This document shows, one piece after another, positions 1-12,250 of a stretch of 64,000 nt of DNA. The notes under the pieces are model-generated. The model saw only the letters and a program-made list of their open reading frames with translations. It did not search any database and was not told the DNA's origin. The translations under genes and the position numbers were made by a program. Source of the DNA: Macrostomum lignano (taxonomy: Eukaryota); contig NIVC01000413.1 in assembly GCA_002269645.1 (NCBI GenBank), positions 310,001 through 374,000 of the forward strand. The letters run 5' to 3'. Positions within the stretch are counted from its first letter, which is position 1, and the number at the start of each line of letters is the position of its first letter.

Positions 1-770
1 CATCAAACGGGTAATTTATTTGCTCAAGATAGTTAAAGATTCTAGAGGCTGATTTTAAAAACGCCTCCAAGAGGGTGACCTCTGTACCCCGGTGGGGAGG
101 GCTGAATAAGCGCGCAAGACGCTACTGCCATTGCGTATATTTTTACAATATTTGACATAAGCGCGCACAGGCAGAAGCGCGCGAATGCGGCAGTGACACA
201 AGAGCGCAGACAGTTTCGACGGCAGTCACCTCAAAGATAAGTCGATGACTGTGACCCAAGCCCAAGAGAAAAAAATCTAGCATTAAACAGGCATACGAAA
301 CCAGTCGGGAATATATTTTTGGATATTTTTGGATCAAATACAAAGACGAACGATAAAGTAAAGTAAGCTGCCACTTAAAGTGATAATGCGCGCTTGTGTG
401 TCACGTAGAGCAGTTTCAAAATGCGTGCTAATGTCATGCGCGCTCAATCCTGCGTCCCTCCGGTGCTCCAGCTCCCTTCAGAATAAATAATCAAATATTT
501 ACCGAGTAGAGAGATGATGGGAAGAGAAATAAGAGAAAACGACATCAGCCAATCACAAACCGCTTCAACTTAGAAGACAGTACGAGTAGAATAAGACAGA
601 TTGTGCGGTGAATTTAGCACAGGAAGGGCACAAGACAAGTCAGGCTTTAAAAGCCGCCAAACCTTGGTCTGACTGATAGGCTGAAGGGATAGATGCGAGC
701 AGTCATCGAGCAGCCAGCCCTAAGTAAAAATATAAAAACCCCGCTAAAATTTAACAAACGTTGCCTTCAG

Positions 771-2341
771 GCTGCCGCTTACGGTGGAGGCCAGCTGGGA
801 CCCAAGGTATCAACGTGCCGCCCAGGTAAAGCTGTGACTCCTGCTCATTCTCCCTGGACTCTGCCACAGGGACATGCTCGGCTTTAAAGGAAACTGCTAC
901 GCTGTGAGCAAAGTCAGAGCGAATGTGACAGCCGCAATGTCCAGCATCAGAGGCGATGCTCAGCTGGCCAGCTTCTCCAGCATGTCTGAGATCCGCAGTC
1001 TGATTGCTGCAAGTGAGTTGTGACTCTGATAATTTGTTTTCAATTTCCATGACTACTTTATTATAAAAATGAGCATCAAAACGTTTCAGACACAGCCAGA
1101 CTATCAGTGCATCCGTACAGACGGCCCCTGAGCCTGAGCCAGCCAGTGCGGCTCGGCATGTTCTACAGTGCAGCCGATGCCTCAGCGCTCTCTCTAATCA
1201 GACAGGATAGCGGTGAATGTGAATTGAAGCCTGTTCTCGGATCTGAGAAATTTGTGTGAGTAATTCCGTTTCACCTTCTGTAAAACGGAAGAGGCTATAA
1301 AAATAAGCTGGGAGTAAATCAAGAACACCTTTAAATAACTGCAGATATTCAGGCGCCGCGACAGGTCCGTGCGTGACTGTGAATGTGGATTCTTCTGACA
1401 GAGCGGAAATCGAATCGAGAAGCTGCAGCAGCCAGATTCCATTTCTTGTAAAGTTTCCTGAGAGAGAAAACGCAGTGAGATACAATGCAGACAGCTGTAG
1501 CGCGAAAGCGGTCATTTGGAGAGTTATGGAAGCACTGCAACAGAAGCAGACAACAAAGATGCATTTTATTGCAGATACTGATGCTACTAGTGTTGTCGCT
1601 AGAGATTCTTCTGATCTAAAAACCGGTATTAGAATATCACCAACAGCAATTACTCAATCAATACGAGACTGGACCTCAACTGAAGCTTCACCAAGCAAGT
1701 TGGCCATCATTTTTGGAGTTTCCTGCCCGATTCTGCTAGTATTTATTGCAGCCATTATGATTTTCATTGTCTTCAAAAGACGGTGCCGCTTACGACCTAG
1801 TACTGAGCAGTCTGGTACGAAAGAAGATGTTGAACCAAGAAATGCTTCAAAACCCTTAATTGAACATGACACTAGTAATCCAGCCGATAATTCAGTGAGT
1901 GATAGAGTCGATGCTGCAGCTGGCACTTCAGAAAACTCAAACGTTATCTCGGCGTCACGGGACTCGATTCCTTCTGGTGACCTAACCAACGAGATACCTG
2001 AAGAATCACCTGATTTTACACCTGAAAATCCACAGAATTTCACAGCAGATGCACAACCTGACGAGACGCCTAATCCAACGTTAATCAGAATGACCAGCCT
2101 CGATTCAGATAAGTATTACAGTTTCGAACCAGATAGCATGGAAATTCAATCGCCTTCTAGGCATTATCCGAATCGGATGGACAGCATAGACGACACGTTT
2201 TACAGTTTGCTAGAAACACCAGAAACAACGGAAGGCATGGACTTCAAAGGCGTTCGAGAGACTTCGGTACAGAATCGGACGGAGAGCACCGGTTTCGAAC
2301 CCAATGAGAGTGGAGAGGATAACTTAAATTGTTTCCAATAG
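771..2341 (+). pseudogene. Receptor paralog copy 1 (3' part): lectin-like exons 771-1012 and 1090-1255, terminal exon 1345-2341 with TM helix and cytoplasmic tail; premature TGA at 835-837
   Basis: AG/GT-bounded exons with consistent phases. LCHRDMLGFKGNCYAVSK resembles the C-type-lectin N-terminal C..W..F.G.CY motif. TM segment LAIIFGVSCPILLVFIAAIMIFIVF is followed by KRR. CTG TGA CTC here versus CTG AGA CTC in copies 2 and 3. Confidence 0.8.
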
Positions 2342-2774
2342 CAAATTATTGAATATCTGGTCTGTCAACAATCACGTTTGCTTCTACTCGTAATATTACA
2401 CCCACGTATGCTATCCATGTAATATAAATCACTCATAATAGTTACCAAACATCATACTAATCATTAGCTAAAAACACAGTAACAATATTAGTCTTTGTAT
2501 TTTTTATTTATCATTTGAAAGTTGATCGCGAATTGATTAATGTGAAAAGGGCCACTGTATGGAAAATTATACTTTTGTTTTGAGGAAAGTTTTAAGACGT
2601 TTTAGGTTATTTCGACGTAACAATTGTGACAATATTTGAATTCAATTGCTAGTCATTCGCAGAAAAAATAACGGTTTGCTCAGCACAATATCAGATATAC
2701 TTCAAAGTATGTACTATCCTTAAAAAATGTTTTGTTTCGAATAGAAATCAAAATAATCTTTGCGTTTGAGTAGA

Positions 2775-3520
2775 ATGCTGTCTTTGAGTAGGGTACTGTC
2801 TTAGAGTAGGGTACTGTATTTGAGTAGGGTACTGTCTTAGAGTAGGGTACTGTCTTTGAGTAGGTTACTGTCTTTGAGTAGGGTACTGTCTTAGAGTAGG
2901 GTACTGTCTTAGAGTAGGGTACTGTCTTAGAGTAGGGTACTGTCTTTGAGTAGGGTACTGTCTTAGAGTAGGGTACTGTCTTGGAGTAAGGTACTGGCTT
3001 AGAGTAGGGCACTGTCTTTGAGTAGGGTACTGTCTTTGAGTAGGGTACTGTCTTAGAGAAGGGATAACTGTCTTTGAGTAGGGTACTGTCTTAGAGTAGG
3101 GTACTGTCTTTGAGTAGGGTACTGTCTTAGAGTAGGGTACTGTCTTGGAGTAAGGTACTGTCTTAGAGTAGGGTACTGTCTTGGAGTAAGGTACTGGCTT
3201 AGAGTATGGCACTGTCTTTGAGTAGGGTACTGTCTTTGAGTAGGGTACTGTCTTAGAGAAGGGATAACTGTCTTTGAGTAGGGTACTGTCTTAGAGTAGG
3301 GTACTGTCTTAGAGTAGGGTACTGTCTTAGAGTAGGGTACTGTCTTTGAGTAGGGTACTGTCTTAGTGTAGGGCACTGTCTTAGTGTAGGGCACTGTCTT
3401 TGAGTAGGGTACTGTCTTAGAGTAGGGTACTGTCTTTGAGTAGGGTACTGTCTTAGAGTAGAGTACCGTCTTAGAGTAGGGGTAACTGCCTTTAAGTAGG
3501 GGTACTGTCTTTGAGTAGGG
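2775..3520. repeat. 18-bp minisatellite (GAGTAGGGTACTGTCTTA/T) with ~200-bp higher-order duplication
   Basis: Tandem units are directly visible and give the PYSKTV-repeat ORFs. The variant block ending GAGAAGGGATAACTG recurs at ~2980-3070 and ~3180-3270. Confidence 0.95.
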
Positions 3521-3739
3521 GGCACTGTCCTTGAAGATGCACACTGTATTTGAAGATGGACCCTGTTTTTCTATCCTAACTGTCCGGTTAGGGTACTGTC
3601 GAAGTTCTCCAGAAAAGCTACGCAAAATATTTGCATCTGAATTTTTTTCTCAAGCATGTAATTACATCAAATTGCATAAAATTTTCTATTTTAACCTTGA
3701 ATGAGCATCACTGTCTCTGCTTTAGAGTGAGTTGAGACA

Positions 3740-4920
3740 TTTGCTTGCTGAAGAATAGGAGCAATAAGAACGAATGTGCTTCGCAGCACCATCCGCTCAA
3801 ATGCCGATGGAGATTCCCTCCTCGACAGTCAGCTCAATCAGATAGCAGTCAATAGCACTCCACACTTTTTGAAGCTGACCAGTGGTCCAGTCCTGGTCGC
3901 GACCTTGAATGATCACTCCCGGGATTTTGGCCTTGGCCTTCGCCGCAAAAATAGCTCCCGAAGGAACCTCCTTGTTGGCAGTGGCCATTTGTTGCGCCGT
4001 GGTTTCGGCCTCAGCAGCCGCAGCAGCATCTCCAGGGAGCGCCGCCGCTGAACTACTGGAGCTTCCACCGGCCGGCCCGTCTGGTTGCCTTGGGAGGCCA
4101 GTCGCTTCAGCATCCATGGTGGACGCCGCCGCTTCGGCTCCCTTCTTGGCCTGCCTTTTGCCGCGTTGCTTAGCGCGTTTGCACTCAAGCCGAGCCCGCT
4201 GAGCTTCGTCGGATCTGCCAGATTTGGCCGGTCCTTTAGGCTCAGAGCTCGCGGTTCCCTTAGATCCACCAGCAGAGCTGGCAGGTCTTTGGGTACTTTG
4301 GTTTATGTAGCTCTGGTTGGATCTGCCAGCAGAGCCAGCCGGTCCTTCGGACTGAGGTTGGGGTTTAGAAGGGTCCCCGTCCCTAGATATAGCTTGATTA
4401 TCCATAGTCGGCTCGAAGGCCATGATAAAGGTTGATTGGCTACCCTCGAAGGGGCGCGGTACCCACCCGGCCCCTCCACCTGACCGGGCAGTCAAAATAA
4501 CCCTCAAGGCTGGCCCGACAGCAGGAGGGGGACCGCTTGCGACCGGACTACTCCCCGGCCTTCCAGCCCATCGGCACGGTCAAACACCTTAGGCATTAGA
4601 GGGTACGTTGAGCAGTACCACAGCCTGCGGACTGGCAAGCCAGACCTGCATACCCAAGTTCGGCAAAAGCCACTGGATGGGTCCCCAGCGCCGGAGCCCA
4701 GTCTGTCCGGCAGCCCCAGGGTCTACCTTGAACACTCGCGGGGACGGGTACCCCTGGGTCGGCTTGCGAAACAGCGGGGGGGGGGGTACGCGGCTGCTAG
4801 CGGCAATAGAGGGTGCAGACCTCCCACCGGACTTTACCTGCTGAAGATAGGGGCAGACGAGGAGCATCGCAGACCTTAGCCCATAGGCCTGGTCTGTCTC
4901 ATACTTCACTGGCATGCTGA
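3740..4920 (-). mobile_element. Putative non-LTR retrotransposon 5' fragment: ORF1/gag-like (DUF4780-like) plus GC-rich leader
   Basis: ORF 3797-4507 has a low-complexity basic N-terminus followed by FAAKAKAKIPGVIIQGRDQDWTTGQLQKVWSAIDCYLI, and continues after a frameshift as ERMVLRSTFVLIAP. The family assignment is from remembered resemblance only. Confidence 0.4.
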
Positions 4921-5879
4921 ATACGCGAGCTGATGTGGGTCACAGTCTAGCTAATTTACCAGGTGAACAGTTCGAATTCTAGGCAATATTCGAACCAGAG
5001 GAACAGCTTAAGTCCGGAACTCGGGAACCAGAGCAAGTTTCACTCACAGACCCGATGGACAGCTTGCTTATCTCCAAACCGTTTGAAATGATAGAAATGT
5101 TGTAATTGATCAAGTCGTAAACAAATTAAATTCATTAAAATTATTTCGTTTAACTGGAACCAAAAAATGTAATTATTCATTAAGTGGACTGCGCAGGCGA
5201 GGGCAAGGGCGAGCGGCGAGATACCCTGACAGGCTTTTGACCGATGCTGGGGTGTGAATTTTTTATGGCCCAGAGACGCGCTCTCTGACTTCTCCCCCAT
5301 TTCTGGCCACTGCGTGGTTGGCGGGAGAAGTATTTTTTGTTGTTGTTGTTGTTGTTGTCGATATGGAATTTTTTCTAAATTAATCCCCCTTTTCGCAAAA
5401 TGAGAAAAAAATGAATTTCTTAAGCTTTTCCGAACACTTTCTTACTTACGTTTAACGCTCAACAGCACAGAAAAAGCTTGCATTTAGCCAAAAATGTCAC
5501 GTGCTTTTTCTGTTGTTGCATGATGCATAAAGACTTTTTGTAATGATGGTATCGCAATATAACAAGTGATATATTGTGACGTATATGTAAATCAGTTTCT
5601 CTCTGAGATTATCGTCCTCAGCGAGAAGAGCAGATTCTTGTTTAGAACTTTAAATGAAGCAGGGCGAGATGCCTGCAGAGATGCAGGGCGATTATTTTTG
5701 TCCGGTTTGAGCACTCTGTTTTCGAGAGAAGCATAATATTCTGCTAACAGGAAATTGGAAATTAAAAAAATGATTGGCTTGTGCAGCTTGCTTTTTCTTC
5801 GCTTTTACGGTTTAAGCACAGACGATGTAAGGTGCTTAGGTTCTGCTTACATCTCAGAAACAGGAGAATCGAATAGCAA

Positions 5880-6205
5880 GGTACTAAAATTAATTGTATT
5901 AGCAAAGCACCTAATAATTACCCAACTTTTGTGCACAAAACTTATTTATAAGCGTGTACTCGTAGCTACATCTGCGAGTGATGCGGAGAACTCATAAAGC
6001 TCCATTTGCTTAGCCTCAACAATAATACTGCTCGGTGCTCTGTACGGTTGAAAACGAGTAAAACTATTTAAGCACAAGATAGATGCTCGTTTGCAAAGCT
6101 AGCTATGAAAAATATATTATAAAATTATGCTGTCATAATCGTTTGATTCTATACGATTTAACTGGTCTGCTTAAGGTCCGTGGCGGCAGTTCATACGAGC
6201 TTCTT
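5880..6205 (+). promoter_or_regulatory. Conserved upstream region of receptor copy 2 (paralogous to ~62030-62390)
   Basis: Shared blocks GTATTAGCAAAGCACCTAAT, TGTGCACAAAA, TTAGCCTCAACAATAATA, CTGTGTACGGTTG-like and CCGTGGCGGCAG lie upstream of both signal-peptide exons. Confidence 0.55.
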
Positions 6206-6273
6206 ATGCTAAATTTACCACTTCCGACTTTGACAGCAGTGTTTGTGCTGCTCCAGGTGCTGACGAGCCCTGG
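6206..6273 (+). CDS. Receptor copy 2 exon 1, signal peptide MLNLPLPTLTAVFVLLQVLTSP(G)
   Basis: ATG, hydrophobic stretch, GG|GTAAGA donor in phase 2. Homologous to 62391-62458. Confidence 0.8.
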
Positions 6274-6975
6274 GTAAGAATTTTATACACATTTTTGTGC
6301 CTGTACAATTCCATTGATACGCAGTCTCGAGCACTTGGTCACACGGGCCGTGAATTCCACTCTTTCCCCCCCCCCTTCGGCCAGTGTTTGCGCCAACCTC
6401 CTCTCCCAGCCGTCTTCGTGGACCCCCTCCCTCTATCTGCCTGCACTCCCCCATTCTTTCTCCCTCTGTTTTGCGCGCTTAAGAGTGATTGGCTGCCCCC
6501 CCCTGCTCTATCCCCATTTTTGTCCGCAGCCCTGCCCCTTGTCGCATTTTTAATGTTTCCTAGCCAATAAGAATTAAGCATCACAGTAATTAATCGCTTA
6601 AGCTCTTACCCAAGGACTAATTTGTCCCTGACATAGGAATTTTTCCACAGAATCTAAGGCCCTCAGAATACAGTGTTAGTGTCAATAGAAACTGCGTCTT
6701 GATATACCGCTATACTGTATCGGTGCACTGTGCGTTCGATGAAACACGGGTGAATGTAGCAGCTATAGCTATATGAAACATATAAATGTATTTTTACACA
6801 AACGCTCAGACAGCATTGTACGAACAGTTGCAGTCAAGCTTTCTTGAGTAAAATCATTTTCCCAATTTCTAGCACCTGCCCGAAAGGCGATGATTTGGTC
6901 AATATTTTTGACCGGTTCACCAGTTTGTGTCACTGTTTATTATAGTCGGTGTCTTTGTTTTCGCCGCATTTCCAG

Positions 6976-7311
6976 TTGCCAAGGCGCCAACCACTACTGC
7001 GTGAATGGGCTGACAATGCTGATAACAGTTGACGATTTTTTCCACCGAGACGAGAGCATCATTCCGAGAATGCTGACGGACGAGTCGGATACGAGCTACA
7101 TGAAATGCAGGTGGATCATTAAGAATTCTGCTGCTCAAGAAGACATGCAGCTTGTGCTACAGGGATTGCTCATCGGTTCTGCCGACAACACCGACTTGCG
7201 CTTACAATCGGGAGAGAATCGAACTGGCTCAGCAGAGTTGGTCATCAGCTACAGCGGAGGAGAAATTCCCGTGACTGCTGGGATGTTTCACGTCCAACCG
7301 CAAAAATCCAT
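6976..7311 (+). CDS. Receptor copy 2 exon 2a, CUB-like extracellular domain (336 nt, phase 2-2)
   Basis: TTTCCAG acceptor; CQGANHYC...CRWIIKNSAAQEDMQLVLQG; donor AT|GTTGGT is weak. The CUB-like label is inference from the C.W.I motif. Confidence 0.65.
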
Positions 7312-7443
7312 GTTGGTCAAAGGGATAGAAGAGATCCTTTTGGTGCTTGAAAATTTTCAAACTGAGAAGTTGTAGGGTAAAAAATGTAATGGAGACCTGC
7401 TACAGGCAAGAATGCAAACAGTCATGTCCATTTGATTGACCTA

Positions 7444-7827
7444 GAGGGGTCGCCATCATAAACCCGAAATATCATACCTCCGAAAACCAAAATAGTGTTG
7501 GACATTACTAGAACTTTCGAAGTTATGATATTTCGGGTATATGATTGGCGTTGCTATTTTGTTTTTCGGAGTTGTAATTTTTCGTGTTTGTGATATTTCG
7601 AGTTTATGATGTGTGTTGCTATTAATTTCGGAGTTACGATCTTTCAGGTTTGTGATATTTCGGGTTTGTGATATTTCGGGTTTATGATATTTCGGGTTTA
7701 TGATGGAAAGCTCTTTTCGGAGTTGTGATTTTTCGGGTTTGTGATATTTCGGGTTTGTGATATTTCGGGTTTATGATGGAAAGCGCTTTTCGGAGTTGTG
7801 ATTTTTCGGGTTTGTGATGCCCCCCTC
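7444..7827. mobile_element. Non-autonomous TIR element (Sola2-like) with internal 16-17-bp repeats and a 4-bp TSD CCTA
   Basis: Termini GAGGGG..CATCA(T/C)AAACCCGAAA are inverted. The duplicated segment near 11065 shows the empty site TTGATTGACCTAGAGCACGAG. Confidence 0.75.
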
Positions 7828-7847
7828 CCTAGAGCACGAGCATAGAT

Positions 7848-8243
7848 CATGGATGAAGGAATGGGAAGGATCGCTCATCTAAAAGCGAGTCTATGGCCAA
7901 AACCTACTAAAAATTGGGATATCCCCCCGTGAATTTCATTTGCTTGTGGAATTTAATAATAGCGCCCCCCCCCCCTAAGTTCCTACTGGCTGAAGCTTTT
8001 ACGCGAGGGAAATTCCAAAGTCACGATTAACGTTAGATATCTTTAACTTCCTCTGGGCCACGACGGCTTAAGGGAAAGAAATTAGCATTCGACCGCGTAC
8101 AAGCTTCAGCCATTAAGAACTTAGGGGGATATTATTAAAATCCAGCAGCCAATGAAATTCATGGGGGAGTATCCCAATTTTTAGGAGCTTCTGGCCATAG
8201 ACTCGCTTTCGGATGAGCGGTCCTTTCTATTCCTTCATCCATG
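7848..8243. mobile_element. hAT-like MITE, 396 bp, ~95-bp TIRs, 8-bp TSD GCATAGAT
   Basis: CATGGATGAAGGAAT...ATTCCTTCATCCATG. TSD at 7840-7847 and 8244-8251. A single GCATGGAT is present at the paralogous empty site near 11080. Confidence 0.9.
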
Positions 8244-8396
8244 GCATAGATACGTACATCAGGCACAAGCTTACACGGGGTGTGATTGATGATTTAATTG
8301 CATTAAAAAGCCATAGAAATCGAAAATATAGGATTCAATACTTGGTTTTGAAGGCCATAGACATTTAAGCCAGAAAAACCAAGTATTGAGTAGTAT

Positions 8397-8705
8397 TGTA
8401 ACACGATATATATTTCTCGTGCATTAAATGACTCCAGCCAATACGCGATCACGAGCCATTTAAGCCCGCTTTTAGCGTGCATTAAGTAGAAGATAAAGCA
8501 AGAGCCCTAGGGCTCTCGGGCCCTAAAAAATAGTGCCCGGAAAAGCGTGCTTTATCTTATATAGAGCAACCATAGACAAGTGGTTGAAAAATAAAGCCCG
8601 CAACTTGATTAACTGCTTGGAATAGCGGGCAATATTAGGCTCACACCATGCTCTATATGCTTTTAGCGTTTAATGCACGCTTTTACACATTTATATCGTG
8701 CTACA
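8397..8705. mobile_element. Small TG...CA element with 14-bp inverted termini (solo LTR or MITE)
   Basis: TGTAACACGATATA versus TATATCGTGCTACA, plus subterminal GTGCATTAAA/TTTAATGCAC. No TSD found. Confidence 0.5.
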
Positions 8706-10622
8706 GACTGTATTATAAGGTACTAAACTGGAGAGTGTAAAATTTGTTGGTGCAGTGTTTAATAATGTACTAAATTCTACCAAGTACTCCACTTTGTACA
8801 AATGTACATTTATACATTTTATTGTGTAAAATTTCTGTGCACGATTTGTCCCGTCTTCGTCGATGCAAAAGAGTGCCCTTGTCTATCCGGGATAAAAAGT
8901 AAAAGTAGTGTACTTTTCTAAGACAGTACTGTCTCTGTGTTTTGAAACTTTAATTAATGTCCCGGAGCGAAGAGGCGGAGACGGAGCGAGTGGTGATTGA
9001 GCACACAGCGAGGCAGGCCCAAAGCGATTTGGCCCGCGTTTTTCAAGTATATTGTTTTGAAAATATAAAAAATTGAGCGGCAGCAGCGCACTCTAGCGCT
9101 GAGCTGAGCAACGTATAAATAAAACACACGCACACCGGGGATTAGGAGTGTTGAGACAGAGCATGTGACGTACAGCGCGTAAAAACAAGTACAAGTACGT
9201 ACGGTCGGAGCGATTTAAAAGGAGGGGGCAGCGAGACTATAAAATACTCCGCCCATAAAATGAGTGATTCTAGCGTAAGTGCTGGGGGCAGCAAGTTGTA
9301 TGAAGCATCTCTTAAGGCAATACTCCAGGCCGCAGACTGAAACTTGCAGACAAGACAGTAAATTGTATGCCGAACATGTTGATGGTACTATTCTTTGTCC
9401 AGTTGATATTCTCTGGGTAAGACGTTTATTTTCGATACTTGTTTTCCTGGTTTTCATACGTATTGTAGAGAAATATGTGAAATTACAAAATGAAAATTAC
9501 ATGTAAACTAACTAAAAAACTCATCTGGCTATAGATATAAAATACAGGAGGTTGTCTCTGGGTGGCACACCGCGCTGCCAGCAATGAAGTACAGACTGTT
9601 AGCTTCCCGATTTAAGTATTTAAGTTCTACCTTAAGTTTCGGCGCCACTTCTATCGGAAGCTTTCTGTAGCGTAGGTAGTTGCAGCCACCAATCTGTCGT
9701 GTCTCGGCCTTTGGTGAGGTGAGCTTCCGTCGGGACGAAATAACTAAGACGTGCAAACACAGCACCGTGTGCAAATTTGCAGCTTAACGTACAAAAGGCA
9801 TCTCGTCAGCAGATCCTACCGTGGTAGGAAGGGCAGTTAGCTCTTGTGGGCTTTATAGTCTGGGCTCAGGCAGGCAAATAGTAGAAGGGTTAAATGCACG
9901 CACTCGGGAGCGGCTATGAACTGAATTGAATTGTACGGCAGAACTGGAGAAATCCGAGAAACAAGAAACTGAAACTCCTTGACTACTTGACCAAGGGGTA
10001 AGAGGGCCCGTACTTATAGGCTGGGAATCCCCACTACATCACTGTACGCAAGACCTCGTGACTTAGTTCTATTTTTAGAACTGACGTCACCTCATACCTT
10101 AGATCGGAGCTAAGGTGTCCCCGGGCAGGGTGCGTTAAGCCACGTGACTTAGCATCTATTTTTAGAAACAGTCACCACCTACCTATGGGGCACTGGGATA
10201 CGTGATCCCCATAAACACGGGCCAGCGAGTGCTGTAAATATGTTATATATGCACTATATTATATAATGCATATAATTTCATATTAATGATATATACTTTA
10301 CTCAATTTCAAGGATTCTAGAAGTTAACTTATAGCATTAGTTCGTTTTTGGATAATACATAAACTTTTACGAGATTCCAGTTACATAAAAAACGCAGAAG
10401 TTCGACCGACACAATTCACAGTGTCTATATGATGAACTTTTATCCATTTCTATTTAACCTTTTATGCTTTACAGCATTCGGGGAAGCTGGATTAATTTTA
10501 CACCAAAAGACTCACCTTCTCTAATTGGTAAACATACATTAATTAAAATAGCTTTAGTTTTGAGAGCCAATCCAACTTCACCTGCTTCTGTCACTGAGTC
10601 TTTGTTTTCGCCGCATTTCCAG

Positions 10623-10958
10623 TTGCCAAGGCGCCAACTACTACTGCGTGAATGGGCACACATTGCTGATAACAGTTGACGATTTTTTCCACCGAGACGA
10701 GAGCATCATTCCAAGAGTGCTGACGGACGAGTTGGATACGAGCTACATAAAATGCAGGTGGATCATTAAGAATTCTGCTGCTCAAGAAGACATGCAGCTT
10801 GTGCTACAGGGATTGCTCATCGGTTCTGCCGACAACACCGACTTGCGCTTACAATCGGGAGAGAATCGAACTGGCTCAGCAAAGTTGGTCATCGGCTACA
10901 GCGGAGGAGAGATTCCCGTGACTGCTGGGATGTTTCACGTCCAACCGCAAAAATCCAT
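10623..10958 (+). CDS. Receptor copy 2 exon 2b, duplicated CUB-like exon (336 nt, phase 2-2)
   Basis: Near-identical to 6976-7311, open frame, donor AT|GTTAGT. Confidence 0.75.
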
Positions 10959-11669
10959 GTTAGTCAATGGGATAGAGAGATCCTTTGGTGCTTGAAAATT
11001 TTTAAACTGAGAAAAAACGTAATGGAGACCTGCTCAAGAAAGCAAACAGTCATGTCCATTTGATTGACCTAGAGCACGAGCATGGATATAGCTCACACGC
11101 GGGGTGTGATTGAAATAATAACTTGATCAATTTGCTATGGAAATTGAAAAGTAGCAAAAGTCTGATAACATTGACGGTAATTCTGTCGAAAATCCGTGGT
11201 AATTCCACGGTTATTCCATGAAAGTTCCATGGCAGTTCTATGAAGTGCGCATTTCTGCAAATGCATACATTATTCTTTCCCAGACTAGTTGGCGACTGTG
11301 AGAAAATGCAGCATAACAATTAAATTAATTACAGATGAAGCGCTTCTAAAGAAGCACTAGATGCATGAGATACAGTTTGGGTAGTTAGTTGGTCTTTTCG
11401 TATAATCTAGATGTCCTCAGGTACAAATAACTAGACATTAAAATATTTAGTTAGATCTAAGATGTTTTACCTTGCCTACGAGTATAAAAATATACAATGG
11501 TTAAAGTCAATCAATAATTCTAGGAGCTTTCTAGTTCAATGTCGGTCAAATCTCTCGGGCATAAAGGCGTTAAGGTCAACAAGCACTATGACTTTGCGCT
11601 ACGGTCTCCACTCGACCAAAATACTTGTGTTCCGACAATTGGGAAACTAAAATCACATTGCTATTTTAG

Positions 11670-11911
11670 GTTCCCGCTCACGGTGGAGGCCAGCTGGGAT
11701 CCGAGGTACCAACGTGCCGCCCAGGTAAAGCTGAGACTCCTGCTCATTCTTCCTGGACTCTGCCACAGAGACATGCTCAGCTTCAACGGAAGCTGCTACG
11801 CTGTGAGCAAAGTCAAAGCCAATGTGACAGCCGCAATGTCGAGCATCAGAGGCGATGCTCAGCTGGCCAGCTTCTCCAGTATATCTGAGATCCGCAGTCT
11901 CATTGCTGCAA
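11670..11911 (+). CDS. Receptor copy 2 exon 3, C-type-lectin-like domain start
   Basis: TTTTAG acceptor and A|GTGAGT donor. 242 nt, as in copies 1 and 3. Encodes LCHRDMLSFNGSCYAVSK. Confidence 0.85.
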
Positions 11912-11985
11912 GTGAGTTGTGACTATGATAATTTGTTTTCAATTTCCATGGCTTTACTATAAAAATAAGCATCAAAACGTTTCAG

Positions 11986-12151
11986 ACACAGCCAGACTAT
12001 CAGTGCACCCGTACAGACGGCCCCTGAGCCTGAGCCAGCCAGTGCGGCTCGGCATGTTCTACAGTGCAGCCGATGCCTCAGCGCTCTCTCTAATCAGACA
12101 GGATAGCGGTGAATGTGAATTGAAGCCTGTTCTCGGATCTGAGAAATTTGT
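11986..12151 (+). CDS. Receptor copy 2 exon 4
   Basis: TTTCAG acceptor and GT|GTGAGT donor. 166 nt, near-identical to 1090-1255. Confidence 0.85.
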
Positions 12152-12250
12152 GTGAGTAATTCCGTTTCATCTCTGTATTCGTTGAGGTTTGAAAAAAGAA
12201 GTAGAGAGTAAAATTAGGCACTATCTTTTACGAGTAACAGTAGAAAGACC

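Noticed and set aside
2680-3625. PYSKTV and RQYPT repeat ORFs
   Set aside because: Translations of the 18-bp minisatellite.
9820-10230. Possible solo LTR on the minus strand
   Set aside because: A TATA-like motif and LTR-like composition are present, but I could not define both termini or a TSD.
11725-11768. Possible 44-nt mini-intron GTAAAG...CCACAG that would also remove the copy 1 stop
   Set aside because: Splicing it shifts the frame and destroys the lectin-like GSCY motif.
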